From positions 900,001 to 932,000 of the forward strand of contig NC_021219.1 in the NCBI RefSeq assembly GCF_000392435.1: 32,000 bases of DNA, read 5' to 3'. The number at the start of each line of letters is the position of its first letter. The stretch's first letter is position 1. Positions 1 to 8,874 of the stretch are shown here, piece after piece. Under the pieces are notes generated by a model. That model had not been told where the DNA came from. It did no database searches and saw only the letters and a program-made list of their open reading frames with translations. The DNA comes from Candidatus Saccharimonas aalborgensis (GTDB lineage Bacteria > Patescibacteriota > Saccharimonadia > Saccharimonadales > Saccharimonadaceae). The position numbers and the translations under genes are program-made.

Positions 1-1168
1 TGAGATAGATAATTCTCTGTGGTCTCGAGGAAAGTAGTCTGGTGATGAGGTCTCGGTGGAGTCCTGTGCGGGGTGGATCTACGATAACGGTTGTGTGCGG
101 CTTAATGTAGTCGAGCGATTTTTCGCTCGGCGCAAGGACGGCTTTGGCATTGCTCTCTAGGCGTTCAATGTTCCGTTTCATTTCTCTAACGGCATTTTCA
201 TCAATCTCGATCAATGTACACTCGTTACCACCTATCGTAAGCCCGATGGTACCGACCCCACTATAGAGATCGATCGTCTGTGTGTCAGCAACGACCCATC
301 GCTTTAGGTCATGGAGCACTTGTTCGTAAACAGGAAGATTTATTTGGAAAAAACTCTCCGCGGCGTAATTAAATGGAACGCCAAGGAGAATATCTGAGAG
401 AGCTATGTCTCCGTATTGAGCTAACCGTTTGGTAATACGACTGGCGGGGCTTTTGGGGTCGCTATAGATAAGCTCTCCGCCCTGAGCTGTTAGGTTTGAA
501 GCTTCCTTGGTGGTGATAATGTCTGGATTAACTTCTTTTAGATAAAGTTGCCAGACACACTGGCCTGATTGATCACAACGAATAAGAAGAGTTTTGAGCT
601 GACGTGCTGTCACTTTCTTGGCACGTAAAAGATCGCGAATCTCTTTTGCGAGTTTCATCATTGAATCGGGTATGAGTGAGCACTCCTCGATCGTGATTTT
701 ACCTTTTGAGCCGCGTCTAAAGAATGCTAGATCAAGTGTTTCATCTCCGTCTTTATCACAGTCACTGTACCAGCTGAACTCGACTTTATTGCGATAGTGA
801 TCGATATGTCCGTCACTATACATTTCGATAGGATTTGGGAGGACTATGTCATGTAGCTCAAATGCTTCTTCAACCAATGCGGCTTTGTAATGTTGCTCGG
901 CCGAGAATTTCATGAATTGCCATGGGCTAGTACTAAGATAACTATCGGGGTCCGCTGGTGAAATACGTTCAGTCGAGGGCGTTTTAATCTCTGAGACAAC
1001 TCCTTCGACAAAACGAGATTTCTTTTTTGTGATCCGAAACGCAACAGTTTCACCAGGGAGCCCGCCCCACACGAGTGCTTTGCGCCCGTCATCGAGCGTG
1101 CCAAGTGCCTGTCCCCCACCGATGATAGTATCGAGCAGGACGGTGTAGTAGAGAGCAGGTTTTGTCAT
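1..1168 (-). CDS. RumA/RlmD-type 23S rRNA (uracil-5)-methyltransferase (TRAM + SAM MTase); C-terminus cut by window edge
   Basis: My own minus-strand translation from the ATG at 1168-1166 gives MTKPALYYTVLLDTIIGGGQALGTLDDGRKALVWGGLPGETVAFRITKKK (TRAM-like), then IDLYSGVGTIGL (SAM-binding loop), then VIVDPPRTGL (the DPPR motif of the RumA/TrmA family). The frame stays open to position 1. It is absent from the ORF track because no stop lies in the window. Confidence 0.7.
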   Translation of the reverse strand, partial: MTKPALYYTVLLDTIIGGGQALGTLDDGRKALVWGGLPGETVAFRITKKKSRFVEGVVSEIKTPSTERISPADPDSYLSTSPWQFMKFSAEQHYKAALVEEAFELHDIVLPNPIEMYSDGHIDHYRNKVEFSWYSDCDKDGDETLDLAFFRRGSKGKITIEECSLIPDSMMKLAKEIRDLLRAKKVTARQLKTLLIRCDQSGQCVWQLYLKEVNPDIITTKEASNLTAQGGELIYSDPKSPASRITKRLAQYGDIALSDILLGVPFNYAAESFFQINLPVYEQVLHDLKRWVVADTQTIDLYSGVGTIGLTIGGNECTLIEIDENAVREMKRNIERLESNAKAVLAPSEKSLDYIKPHTTVIVDPPRTGLHRDLITRLLSSRPQRIIYL

Positions 1169-1177
1169 CTGTTTATT

Positions 1178-2566
1178 TTAGCGCGGAATAAACGAATAGA
1201 ACAGCACTAGGCTAGCTGCTGCCATCAAGATAAACGCGGCAAATACGCCCGCGTTGCTCCAGCGAGAGTTTTTGTATTCTCCCATAATGTCGGGATTGTT
1301 GCCAACGCGCCATATCATGTACAGAAGCGGAACCGATGCAACCGCGTTGAATACAGCAGTAAAGATCAACGCTTGAATAGGATCGATGCCGATGATATTT
1401 ATGAGCAGGCCTGCAAATGTGGCGAGGGCGATAATGCCATAAAAGCCATGCGCTTTTTTGAACTTGCGGTACAGCCCTTCTTTAATCCCGAGTGCTTCGC
1501 TGATGGCATAACTGGATGAGCCGGCCAGGACAGGTACGGCGAGCAGGCCGATGCCGATGATACCGACGCTAAAGAGCAGTTTGGCGACAAGGCCGGCATT
1601 TGGGAAGCCTTGCACGAGTGGCTCAAGTGCTGCTGCTGCGTCCTGGGCATTATTGATTTGACCGATATGTCCGTGCAGCGCTGCGGCACACGCAACAACA
1701 ATAAACCAGGCAGAAATGCTGGCCAAACTCATACCGGCGATATTGTCGAGGCGTATCTTGTGGATAAAACGTTTGCTGATATGCGGCTTAGCACCCGTCG
1801 AGAGGTTGCTAATGCGATGAGTCTCAACCTCATCCTCGACGACCTCGCCTGTATTCCAAAAGAAAAGATAGGGGCTAATAGTAGTGCCCAGGATACCAAC
1901 GATGATATAAATCGTATCTTTGTTTATCGTGACATTGGGGATGAAGGTGCTTTGAAACACTTCTCCCCAGTTCTGGACAACCATAAATGAGGTAACAGGA
2001 TAGGCAAATAGCGCGATAGCGAGCCACTTCAGTATTTTTGCATATTGCCGATACGGTACAAGGATTTGCAGCAGCACACAAAGCAGCGCAAAAAAGACAG
2101 CCAAGCCGATAAATGGTATCTCCGGAAAGAAGAGCTGCATCGTAGCGGACATTGCAGCGAGATCGCTTCCGATATTGACTGTATTTGCGATAACCACCAA
2201 GAATACTGCGGTATAGAGTACTTTTCGGCTGTAGTATTTCTTGAGGAGCGCGGCTAGCCCGTCACCGGTGACGGCTCCGATGCGAGCACAACTTTCTTGG
2301 ACGGCCAAAAGAAGCGGGTACATAATCGGGAATAGCCAAAGCAGTCCATATTTGTAGATGGTGCCAGCTTGACTATAAGTGGCAATACCGCTCGGATCAT
2401 CGTCGGCTGCGCCGGTCACTACCCCCGGCCCAAGCACCCGTACAAATCGACCAAAGCGGCTGTAATGACGGTTAGCACGCCTTAGATTTTCTTCGCGAGC
2501 GTTTGAGGCGGCACGTTGGTTGTGATTGCCAACAAGGTCGTGGATCCAGGTATAAAGATTTGCCAT
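1178..2566 (-). CDS. NRAMP-family-like divalent cation transporter (divergent)
   Basis: 462-aa polytopic membrane protein. It has GPGVVTGAADDDPSGIATYSQAG near the N-terminus (the Nramp TM1-like DP motif) and TTISPYLFFW mid-protein. Confidence 0.6.
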   Translation of the reverse strand: MANLYTWIHDLVGNHNQRAASNAREENLRRANRHYSRFGRFVRVLGPGVVTGAADDDPSGIATYSQAGTIYKYGLLWLFPIMYPLLLAVQESCARIGAVTGDGLAALLKKYYSRKVLYTAVFLVVIANTVNIGSDLAAMSATMQLFFPEIPFIGLAVFFALLCVLLQILVPYRQYAKILKWLAIALFAYPVTSFMVVQNWGEVFQSTFIPNVTINKDTIYIIVGILGTTISPYLFFWNTGEVVEDEVETHRISNLSTGAKPHISKRFIHKIRLDNIAGMSLASISAWFIVVACAAALHGHIGQINNAQDAAAALEPLVQGFPNAGLVAKLLFSVGIIGIGLLAVPVLAGSSSYAISEALGIKEGLYRKFKKAHGFYGIIALATFAGLLINIIGIDPIQALIFTAVFNAVASVPLLYMIWRVGNNPDIMGEYKNSRWSNAGVFAAFILMAAASLVLFYSFIPR

Positions 2567-2623
2567 TTTTTGAGTTATACATTAAGTTGGTTATGCTCAT
2601 TGTAACACAGGCTACAGTGAGGA

Positions 2624-3889
2624 CTATAGGTATTTTTTTAAGTTGTTTGCCTGTGCGATGAGTTGGCTATTGGCAGATTTCTTCGCATACTGGCTCATAT
2701 GGTGGATAGTTTTTGAGTGGCGTGCGATCGTCTTTGTATCGAGATGTGTCCCAAGTTTGCTCTGCTCTGCAAAGAAAAGTGCCTCATAGCAACGACGAAT
2801 CATAGGCTCTGAACCCGCATGTTTAAACGCATCGATCGCTGCTTGATAACGGTGAGCATTGTAATGATAGGTTCCTTCAGAGATATAACTTTCCTTCACT
2901 AGTTCACTGCGTTTTGGGGCAAACTCAGCAAAGCGTCGTGCAGACTTGAAGTCGTTGTGGCGCATATAATAAATCGCACCATTATTTCCCACTACTCCGC
3001 GTAGGTGAATGTCGCGGCTTTGTTTGGCATATTCCAGTGCAGGCATAAATCGCTCGCGCTTCATAAGCATGGTGATAAGCGAGCTATAGGCAGCTTCGAG
3101 GTTGTGTTGTGTGAGGTGGCGTTCGTGGCTGAGGAGATGGGAAAATCGGGCTGCTTGCAAGAACTCTTTTGGTGAAACTTCATGCGTGGTGAGGTAGAGA
3201 TCACTGGTATCAAGTAGGTTGACGCTGACAATTTCCTCAACAGGGAGCAACCGAGCTTCTTTAGTATGCTGATAATTCGTAACGGTGCCATTGGTTGCTT
3301 CAATGTCAATACCGCCGTAGTGAAGTGCAACATGACCCGGGAACAATCGTACCTGAAGGTCGCTTACATCGAAGTATCGCGAGTAAAGGTAGATATAAAG
3401 CGTAACGATCTGGTTGCAGTCGCCGACGAGAGTGTCCTTGGATGGGTTTTGCAGAAGACGACCGAATGAACTGGACGCTTGATACACGTACAGTCCCCTT
3501 TCCGGGGAGAAATAATCGAGTAGCTGTTGGATGATGTTGAGACGCTCGGGGTCTGCTTTGCTCTGAGATACCGAAGCAATAGTGTGATGAGCGAGTAAAC
3601 TACTACCTGGATGAGCCTGACGGAACCTTTCGAAGTCTGCTGCTATGAGGTCGAGATTTGCATAGAGTTCACGGCGCTTTGATTTTTTGAGATAGCGATA
3701 GCCTTTGTAGGCATATTCAGTCCATAGATTGAGGGCAGCGATGTCGCGCTGGAGGAGTGACTTGAGACGAGCCCTCGTTTGGGCTTGATTATTATGTTCG
3801 GTCAGTGTTCCAAAAAATTGTCCGACCGACCGCTCGTGCTCGTTGGCGTAAGAGCTGAAGAAAAAATAGATGTTGCGCACAAGGCTCAT
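2624..3889 (-). CDS. Hypothetical protein; possible Cys-His-Asp (transglutaminase/papain-like) core plus C-terminal TPR-like helical repeats
   Basis: 421-aa ORF. The stretch LVGDCNQIV...FPGHVALHYGGIDIEATNG gives a C...H...D spacing. C-terminal segments such as YYMRHNDFKSARRFAEFA and GTYHYNAHRYQAAIDAFKHAG look like TPR repeats. Its start overlaps the ackA stop as ATGA at 3886-3889. Confidence 0.3.
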   Translation of the reverse strand: MSLVRNIYFFFSSYANEHERSVGQFFGTLTEHNNQAQTRARLKSLLQRDIAALNLWTEYAYKGYRYLKKSKRRELYANLDLIAADFERFRQAHPGSSLLAHHTIASVSQSKADPERLNIIQQLLDYFSPERGLYVYQASSSFGRLLQNPSKDTLVGDCNQIVTLYIYLYSRYFDVSDLQVRLFPGHVALHYGGIDIEATNGTVTNYQHTKEARLLPVEEIVSVNLLDTSDLYLTTHEVSPKEFLQAARFSHLLSHERHLTQHNLEAAYSSLITMLMKRERFMPALEYAKQSRDIHLRGVVGNNGAIYYMRHNDFKSARRFAEFAPKRSELVKESYISEGTYHYNAHRYQAAIDAFKHAGSEPMIRRCYEALFFAEQSKLGTHLDTKTIARHSKTIHHMSQYAKKSANSQLIAQANNLKKYL

Positions 3890-5070
3890 AGCGTTACTGT
3901 ACGCGTCAGTGTCTGCGCATGTTTTGCGATTTCAAGCGATTCGTTGGCGGGAATAACAATGATGGGACGCGACTTTGCGGCTTGGCTAACACTTGTTAGT
4001 TTTTCGGGCGAGGTACAAGCATCATTGAGATCGCCATCGAGGATAAAATCGATAAACTCAAGGTGCGCGACGATTCGTTTACGTATGACAGCCGAACGCT
4101 CCCCCACTGTGCCCGTAAACACCAGCAGGTCACAGCCATTAAGAGCGACAATCATACTTCCTATCGCCTTATGTAGACTATGGATCAACGTATCAAGTGC
4201 GAGGTGAGCCATGTGGTTGCCATCGGCCTCACGCGAGATCAGCTCGCGAATATCGTTACTCCCAGAAAGCCCGAGGAGCCCTGCCTGCCTATTGAGGTAT
4301 TCCTCAATTTTGTCGTCATTCATTTGCAAGTTTTTTTTGAGAGCTTTGACCGCTCCAAAATCAATCGAGCCACTGCGAGAGGCCATGATGACACCTTCGA
4401 GTGGGGAGTACCCCATTGATGTGTCGATACTACGACCGTGAAACACCCCTGTCACCGACGAGCCGCTACCAAGATGGCAGACGACGACCTTCGGTGGCAA
4501 CTTGCCACGATCCCAGAGTGCATCGATTGCCGCGGCTACTGATAGTCCGTGGTAGCCAAATCGTTTGATGTCAAATTGATCAGCATCATGAATGGCGATA
4601 CCGTAGTTCCACGCATAATTTGGCTTAGTCGCATGAAAGGCACTATCGCTCACACCCACGACAGTAGCCTCGGGGTATGCTTCGCGTAAGCGACGGAGTT
4701 CCTCAAGCGACGCGTCGACATGAAGAGGTGCGTGTTCACGAACCTCCTGAAGTTTGGCGACCACCTCGTCGTTGATAATGTGGTCACTCATAAAATAACT
4801 ACTGGGCGCGACAATGCGGAGGCCAATTGTCGCAATCGTTTCATTTTCCTCAATACTATGATGGTAGCGAAAGATGGTAGTGAGATGTGACGCCGACTCG
4901 GCTAGATCACTATACTCGAGAGGCACATTTGTTGTTGTTTGATGATGGTGCAGTGTCGCGGCGAGGCGCTCACCGACCGTCTCGATATGAAGTTCAGCAC
5001 GAAGCTGGAGGGTGTCGTCATAAAGGGCGTATTTTCGACTTGAGCTGCCGGGATTAGCAACGAGGATCAT
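3886..5070 (-). CDS. ackA: Acetate kinase
   Basis: Motifs ILVANPGSSSRKYALY, FGYHGLS and VVCHLGSGSSV; 394 aa; located directly downstream of phosphoketolase. Confidence 0.9.
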   Translation of the reverse strand: MILVANPGSSSRKYALYDDTLQLRAELHIETVGERLAATLHHHQTTTNVPLEYSDLAESASHLTTIFRYHHSIEENETIATIGLRIVAPSSYFMSDHIINDEVVAKLQEVREHAPLHVDASLEELRRLREAYPEATVVGVSDSAFHATKPNYAWNYGIAIHDADQFDIKRFGYHGLSVAAAIDALWDRGKLPPKVVVCHLGSGSSVTGVFHGRSIDTSMGYSPLEGVIMASRSGSIDFGAVKALKKNLQMNDDKIEEYLNRQAGLLGLSGSNDIRELISREADGNHMAHLALDTLIHSLHKAIGSMIVALNGCDLLVFTGTVGERSAVIRKRIVAHLEFIDFILDGDLNDACTSPEKLTSVSQAAKSRPIIVIPANESLEIAKHAQTLTRTVTL

Positions 5071-5084
5071 AGAGTGTCTGCCCT

Positions 5085-7487
5085 CTAGTTAGTTTGACCA
5101 TGCCAGGCTTCTTCCTCCGTCTTGACAAGGCCACGTGCTGCGGGCCACACCCACGCATCAAGTTCCGGCAGGTCGATACCATTGGCTTTGATGTATTCAG
5201 TATTTTCGTCGATCTTTGCTTTGTATTTTGCGGCGAGATGCTCGGCTTCTTCAAATGGCATCACACCATCGTGGCCTAATTGTTTGAAAGCAGCAATCAC
5301 CAGGTCGTAGCGACTGGTCTCATTTCGGACGTGCATGTCAAATGGCGTAGTTGTGCTGCCAATCTCTTTGTAACCGCGGACGTCAAATCGTGTCGAATCA
5401 ACCGCGTAATTAAAGAGTACCGACTTGATAGTTTGAGGATAGCCATGGAAGTTGAAGATTACTGGTTTGTCCTCGGTAAAGATATGATCAAACAGTTTTT
5501 GGTCGGCGGTGTTGTTGAGTGTCCCAAATCCCATAGTGGTGAGACTACTGACATTGACACAGCGCAGTCGCACCTCGGGGCGTTCAGTTTTGATGATATC
5601 GATGGCGGCCATAATCTCTTTTGTTGGGTAATCACCTGCTGCGGCCATGACGAGATCGGGATTATCATCTGATGCGAAGTCCCACACTAGCACTCCTTGA
5701 TCGATTTGTTCGCGAGCTTTATTTACGTCAAGCCAGCGTGGCTCGACGGTTTTGCCGGCGACAATAGCATTGATCTGACGCACGCTCGTGAGCATTTTCT
5801 CGATGACAACAAGCGAGCAGTTACCATCTGCCGGGAAATAAACATCGCTGAAATTGCTTTGGCGACGGAGTAGGTCGTCGATAAAGCCAGGGTTTTGGTG
5901 GCTAAAGCCGTTGTGATCCTGGCGCCATCCACTACTTGTGAGGATATAGTTGATGCTTGGAATCGTCCCTCGCCAGGAAACACCGCGGCTCTGCGTCAAA
6001 AACTTGGCGTACTGATCGACCATACTACTCACTACTTGCAAAAATGCTTCATAACTGGCAAACATAGCATGACGGCCGGTCAATACATAGCCCTGCATGA
6101 GTCCTTGCATATTGTGTTCGGAGAGCATTTCCATGACTCGACCATCTTGGGAAAGATCCTTATCCCAGTCGCGCAGCGGCCATTGCCAGCTACGAGAAGT
6201 TGCTTTGAATATATCGTCAAGCTTATTGCTATACGTTTCGTCTGGAGACATAAATCGAAAGTTCTTCGTCTCGGCATTGAGGCGAAATACCTCCTCGAGA
6301 TAGAGGCCGGTACGGCGCATCGAGCTACTGCCCATCGTACCTGGTACGGTGGCGTCTTCGGCAAATTGCTCGACAGATGGAAGTCGGAGTGGTGTGTACA
6401 CACTGTCGCCGCCATGAGCATGCCGGCTTCTGCCCATGCGTTTCTCTGGATTTTCTGGCAAAATATCACCTACGAAGCTACCAAAGCCCTGCTCTTCACT
6501 AAATAGTTCGCTAAACTTGTAGCCACCCAACCACTCGTTGAGCATAGCTAGTTGGTGTTCGTCGGTTTTTGCTTCGGTCAGAACTACCTGGTGCGCTAGG
6601 CAGTTTCCCTCGATCTTATCCCCATCAAGTTCTTTTGGCCCTGTCCAGCCCTTGAGGGTACGCATGATAAGCATTGGCAGACGCGGGCAAACGGTGTCTT
6701 GAGAGACTTTTAGCTCCTCGATGGTCGTATGAGCCCAATCGAGTGCTTCTGCCATACGATCATGGGCTTCGTTTTCGTCGCAGTCGGTGGTATCGACAAT
6801 CCGCGGTTCATAGCCATAGCCGCTAAAGAGCGTCATCAATTCGTAATTGCTCATGCGGCCATAGATAGTTGGTTGAGAAATCTTATAGCCATTGAGGTGA
6901 AGAATTGGCAAGACCACACCGTCTTTGCGCGGATTGACGAGTTTATTGAGATGCCACGCACCGGCAGTTGGACCCGTCTCGGCTTCGCCATCTCCGACAA
7001 GACAGGCAACGATCAGGCCGGGATTATCGAGGATAGCGCCATAGCTGGTACTTAGACTATACCCCAGCTCACCTCCTTCGAGGATAACCCCGGGGGTCTC
7101 GGGATTTGAGTGACTTGGGTAGCCGTACGGCCAACTAAACTCACGGCACAGACGACGGATGCCATCGAGATTGACTGGAAGCGAGGGGTCAAAATGAGTT
7201 AGCGTCCCCTCGAGGAAGAGATTTGCCTGAAGCGCAGGGAATCCATGCCCTGGACCGAGGACAAACATCATGTCTTGGTCGTATTTTTTTGCAAAACGAC
7301 TGAGGTGCGCATAAGCAAAGTTGATGCCTGGCCCACTACCCCAGTGTCCAAGAAGTCGGCTCTTGACGTCATCAAACGTTAGCTCACGCTTCATAAGGTG
7401 GTTATCTGCTAAAAAAATTTGAGCGACTGTCAAATAATTGACAGCACGCAAATATTGGCCCATTGAGTGTTTTTCGTGATTATTCAT
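5085..7487 (-). CDS. xfp: Xylulose-5-P/fructose-6-P phosphoketolase
   Basis: Motifs GHWGSGPGINF, EGGELGYSL and GDGEAETGP; about 800 aa. I prefer the start MNNHEKHSMGQYL at 7487, because a TATACT -10 box at 7498-7503 lies 10 nt upstream, over the longer ORF-track start at 7532. Confidence 0.9.
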   Translation of the reverse strand: MNNHEKHSMGQYLRAVNYLTVAQIFLADNHLMKRELTFDDVKSRLLGHWGSGPGINFAYAHLSRFAKKYDQDMMFVLGPGHGFPALQANLFLEGTLTHFDPSLPVNLDGIRRLCREFSWPYGYPSHSNPETPGVILEGGELGYSLSTSYGAILDNPGLIVACLVGDGEAETGPTAGAWHLNKLVNPRKDGVVLPILHLNGYKISQPTIYGRMSNYELMTLFSGYGYEPRIVDTTDCDENEAHDRMAEALDWAHTTIEELKVSQDTVCPRLPMLIMRTLKGWTGPKELDGDKIEGNCLAHQVVLTEAKTDEHQLAMLNEWLGGYKFSELFSEEQGFGSFVGDILPENPEKRMGRSRHAHGGDSVYTPLRLPSVEQFAEDATVPGTMGSSSMRRTGLYLEEVFRLNAETKNFRFMSPDETYSNKLDDIFKATSRSWQWPLRDWDKDLSQDGRVMEMLSEHNMQGLMQGYVLTGRHAMFASYEAFLQVVSSMVDQYAKFLTQSRGVSWRGTIPSINYILTSSGWRQDHNGFSHQNPGFIDDLLRRQSNFSDVYFPADGNCSLVVIEKMLTSVRQINAIVAGKTVEPRWLDVNKAREQIDQGVLVWDFASDDNPDLVMAAAGDYPTKEIMAAIDIIKTERPEVRLRCVNVSSLTTMGFGTLNNTADQKLFDHIFTEDKPVIFNFHGYPQTIKSVLFNYAVDSTRFDVRGYKEIGSTTTPFDMHVRNETSRYDLVIAAFKQLGHDGVMPFEEAEHLAAKYKAKIDENTEYIKANGIDLPELDAWVWPAARGLVKTEEEAWHGQTN

Positions 7488-7580
7488 GCTAATGCTTAGT
7501 ATACACTGTATTGCTAGTAGTTGAAAATACATAAAAAGCGTATACTAAATACATAGTAGCGATACGTGAGGAGGTAGTGT

Positions 7581-7985
7581 ATGGTAAGCATCAAGTCTAT
7601 CGAGGGAATCGGACCAGCGTATCAGGAAAAACTCTTGTCGATCGGTATACGCACCACAGATCAATTACTTGAAGCCGGTGCCACCTCTACTGGTCGTATG
7701 CGTATTGCCGATGAGGCCCACCTCTCTGAAACACAGGTAAAAGAATGGGTTCATCGGGCTGATCTCCTGCGCATTCACGGCATTAGCCATGAAGTCGCTG
7801 ATCTTTTAGCGCGTGTTGGCGCTTGTACTGTTCCCAAACTTGCCTATCGTCAAGCGATGTCGCTACACGATGATTTGGTTAGCTACAACGCCGCACATCA
7901 CGTTGCCAAACACGTTCCGACGGTTGGTGAGGTTGAGGCTATCTTGAAGGCAGCGAAGCGATTGCCAAAGATGATTCACCATTGA
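7581..7985 (+). CDS. DUF4332 (helix-hairpin-helix) domain protein
   Basis: Sequence IEGIGPAYQEKLLSIGIRTTDQLLEAGAT...GR, then ADLLRIHGISHEVADLLARVG. A GAGGAGG ribosome-binding site lies 7 nt upstream. Confidence 0.6.
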   Translation: MVSIKSIEGIGPAYQEKLLSIGIRTTDQLLEAGATSTGRMRIADEAHLSETQVKEWVHRADLLRIHGISHEVADLLARVGACTVPKLAYRQAMSLHDDLVSYNAAHHVAKHVPTVGEVEAILKAAKRLPKMIHH

Positions 7986-8013
7986 AAAGTAAATGATAAC
8001 CTAGAGGAGTAAT

Positions 8014-8595
8014 ATGGATTTACAAGCGCGTATCACGGACCTTATTAAAGGAAATATCAGCGATTCTATCAGTCGATCAACGGGGGTAAGCCAACCGGAT
8101 GTTGAGCGCGTTATCACCGCGGGATTACCGATGATCATTGGACAAATGGGCAATAACGCCAGCTCACCCGAGGGTGCGACTGCCCTTGACGCGGCAATCG
8201 GCAAAGACCATGCTGGTGGTTCACTCCTCGATAGCCTCGGTTCTCTCTTTGAGACGCCAACAACCCAGCAAGATGGGAGCAAGATCCTCGACCATGTATT
8301 GGGAGCAAATAGTACTGTAGTCACAAATCGATTGTCGAAGCAAACAGGGGTAGATCCGGCAGCCGTGATGAAGATATTGGCCTTCGCGGCACCGCTTATC
8401 ATGGCATTTCTAGGGCGCGAGAAACAATCACAAAACCTCGATGCTGGCGGCATAGCGGACATCTTGAAGGGTCAGCGAACACCAAATGGTAGCCTTCTAA
8501 CTGAGCTTGCTTCGACCGTGCTGACTGCTTCAGGATCAAAAAAATCCGGCGGTTTGCTCGGATCGTTATTGAACGGCTTATTTGGTCGGCGATAG
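8014..8595 (+). CDS. DUF937-like protein
   Basis: 193 aa. The pattern GVSQPDVERVITAGLPMIIGQMGNNASSPEGATALDAAIGKDHAGGSLLD matches the DUF937 pattern as I remember it. A Gly/Leu-rich tail follows. Confidence 0.5.
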   Translation: MDLQARITDLIKGNISDSISRSTGVSQPDVERVITAGLPMIIGQMGNNASSPEGATALDAAIGKDHAGGSLLDSLGSLFETPTTQQDGSKILDHVLGANSTVVTNRLSKQTGVDPAAVMKILAFAAPLIMAFLGREKQSQNLDAGGIADILKGQRTPNGSLLTELASTVLTASGSKKSGGLLGSLLNGLFGRR

Positions 8596-8605
8596 TGTAT
8601 CGCGA

Positions 8606-8818
8606 CTACTGTTCATCTGCTGGAGATGGTTTAGAAAAAGTTTCAACTGCGACAAATGCAATATGACCAAGCGGTAGACCGCCGCGTGTTTGCTGAACCT
8701 CGCTCGTACCCACTCTTGGATAAATAAACACATCTGGTGAACCTTCACACTGAACTGGCTGTCGCGTGTGGTCGATAGGATCGCCATGAATTGATTTTGG
8801 GGTATGCATTTCAGACAT
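8606..8818 (-). CDS. Small hypothetical protein (70 aa)
   Basis: The ORF-track entry 8606..8833 is trimmed to the MSEMHTPK start at 8818, because the upstream ATGs overlap the -10 box. I recognise no family. Confidence 0.35.
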   Translation of the reverse strand: MSEMHTPKSIHGDPIDHTRQPVQCEGSPDVFIYPRVGTSEVQQTRGGLPLGHIAFVAVETFSKPSPADEQ

Positions 8819-8828
8819 AAGTATAGAC

Positions 8829-8857
8829 ATCATACACTAAATCGTTGATACTGTCAA
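8829..8857 (-). promoter_or_regulatory. Sigma70-type promoter TTGACA-N17-TATGAT, 10 nt upstream of the ATG at 8818
   Basis: The minus strand reads ttgaca gtatcaacgatttagtg tatgat gtctatactt ATG. Confidence 0.55.
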
Positions 8858-8874
8858 TGCCTATGCTGTTCCGT

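Noticed and set aside
910-1119. 69-aa ORF-track entry on the minus strand.
   Set aside because: It is out of frame inside the RumA-like CDS, whose real frame (ATG at 1168, open to the window edge) is missing from the track only because it has no stop in the window.
8001-8462. 153-aa minus-strand ORF antisense to the DUF937 gene.
   Set aside because: It is a shadow ORF. The plus-strand frame has a ribosome-binding site and family-like sequence, whereas the antisense product is Cys/Arg/Ser-rich with no signals.
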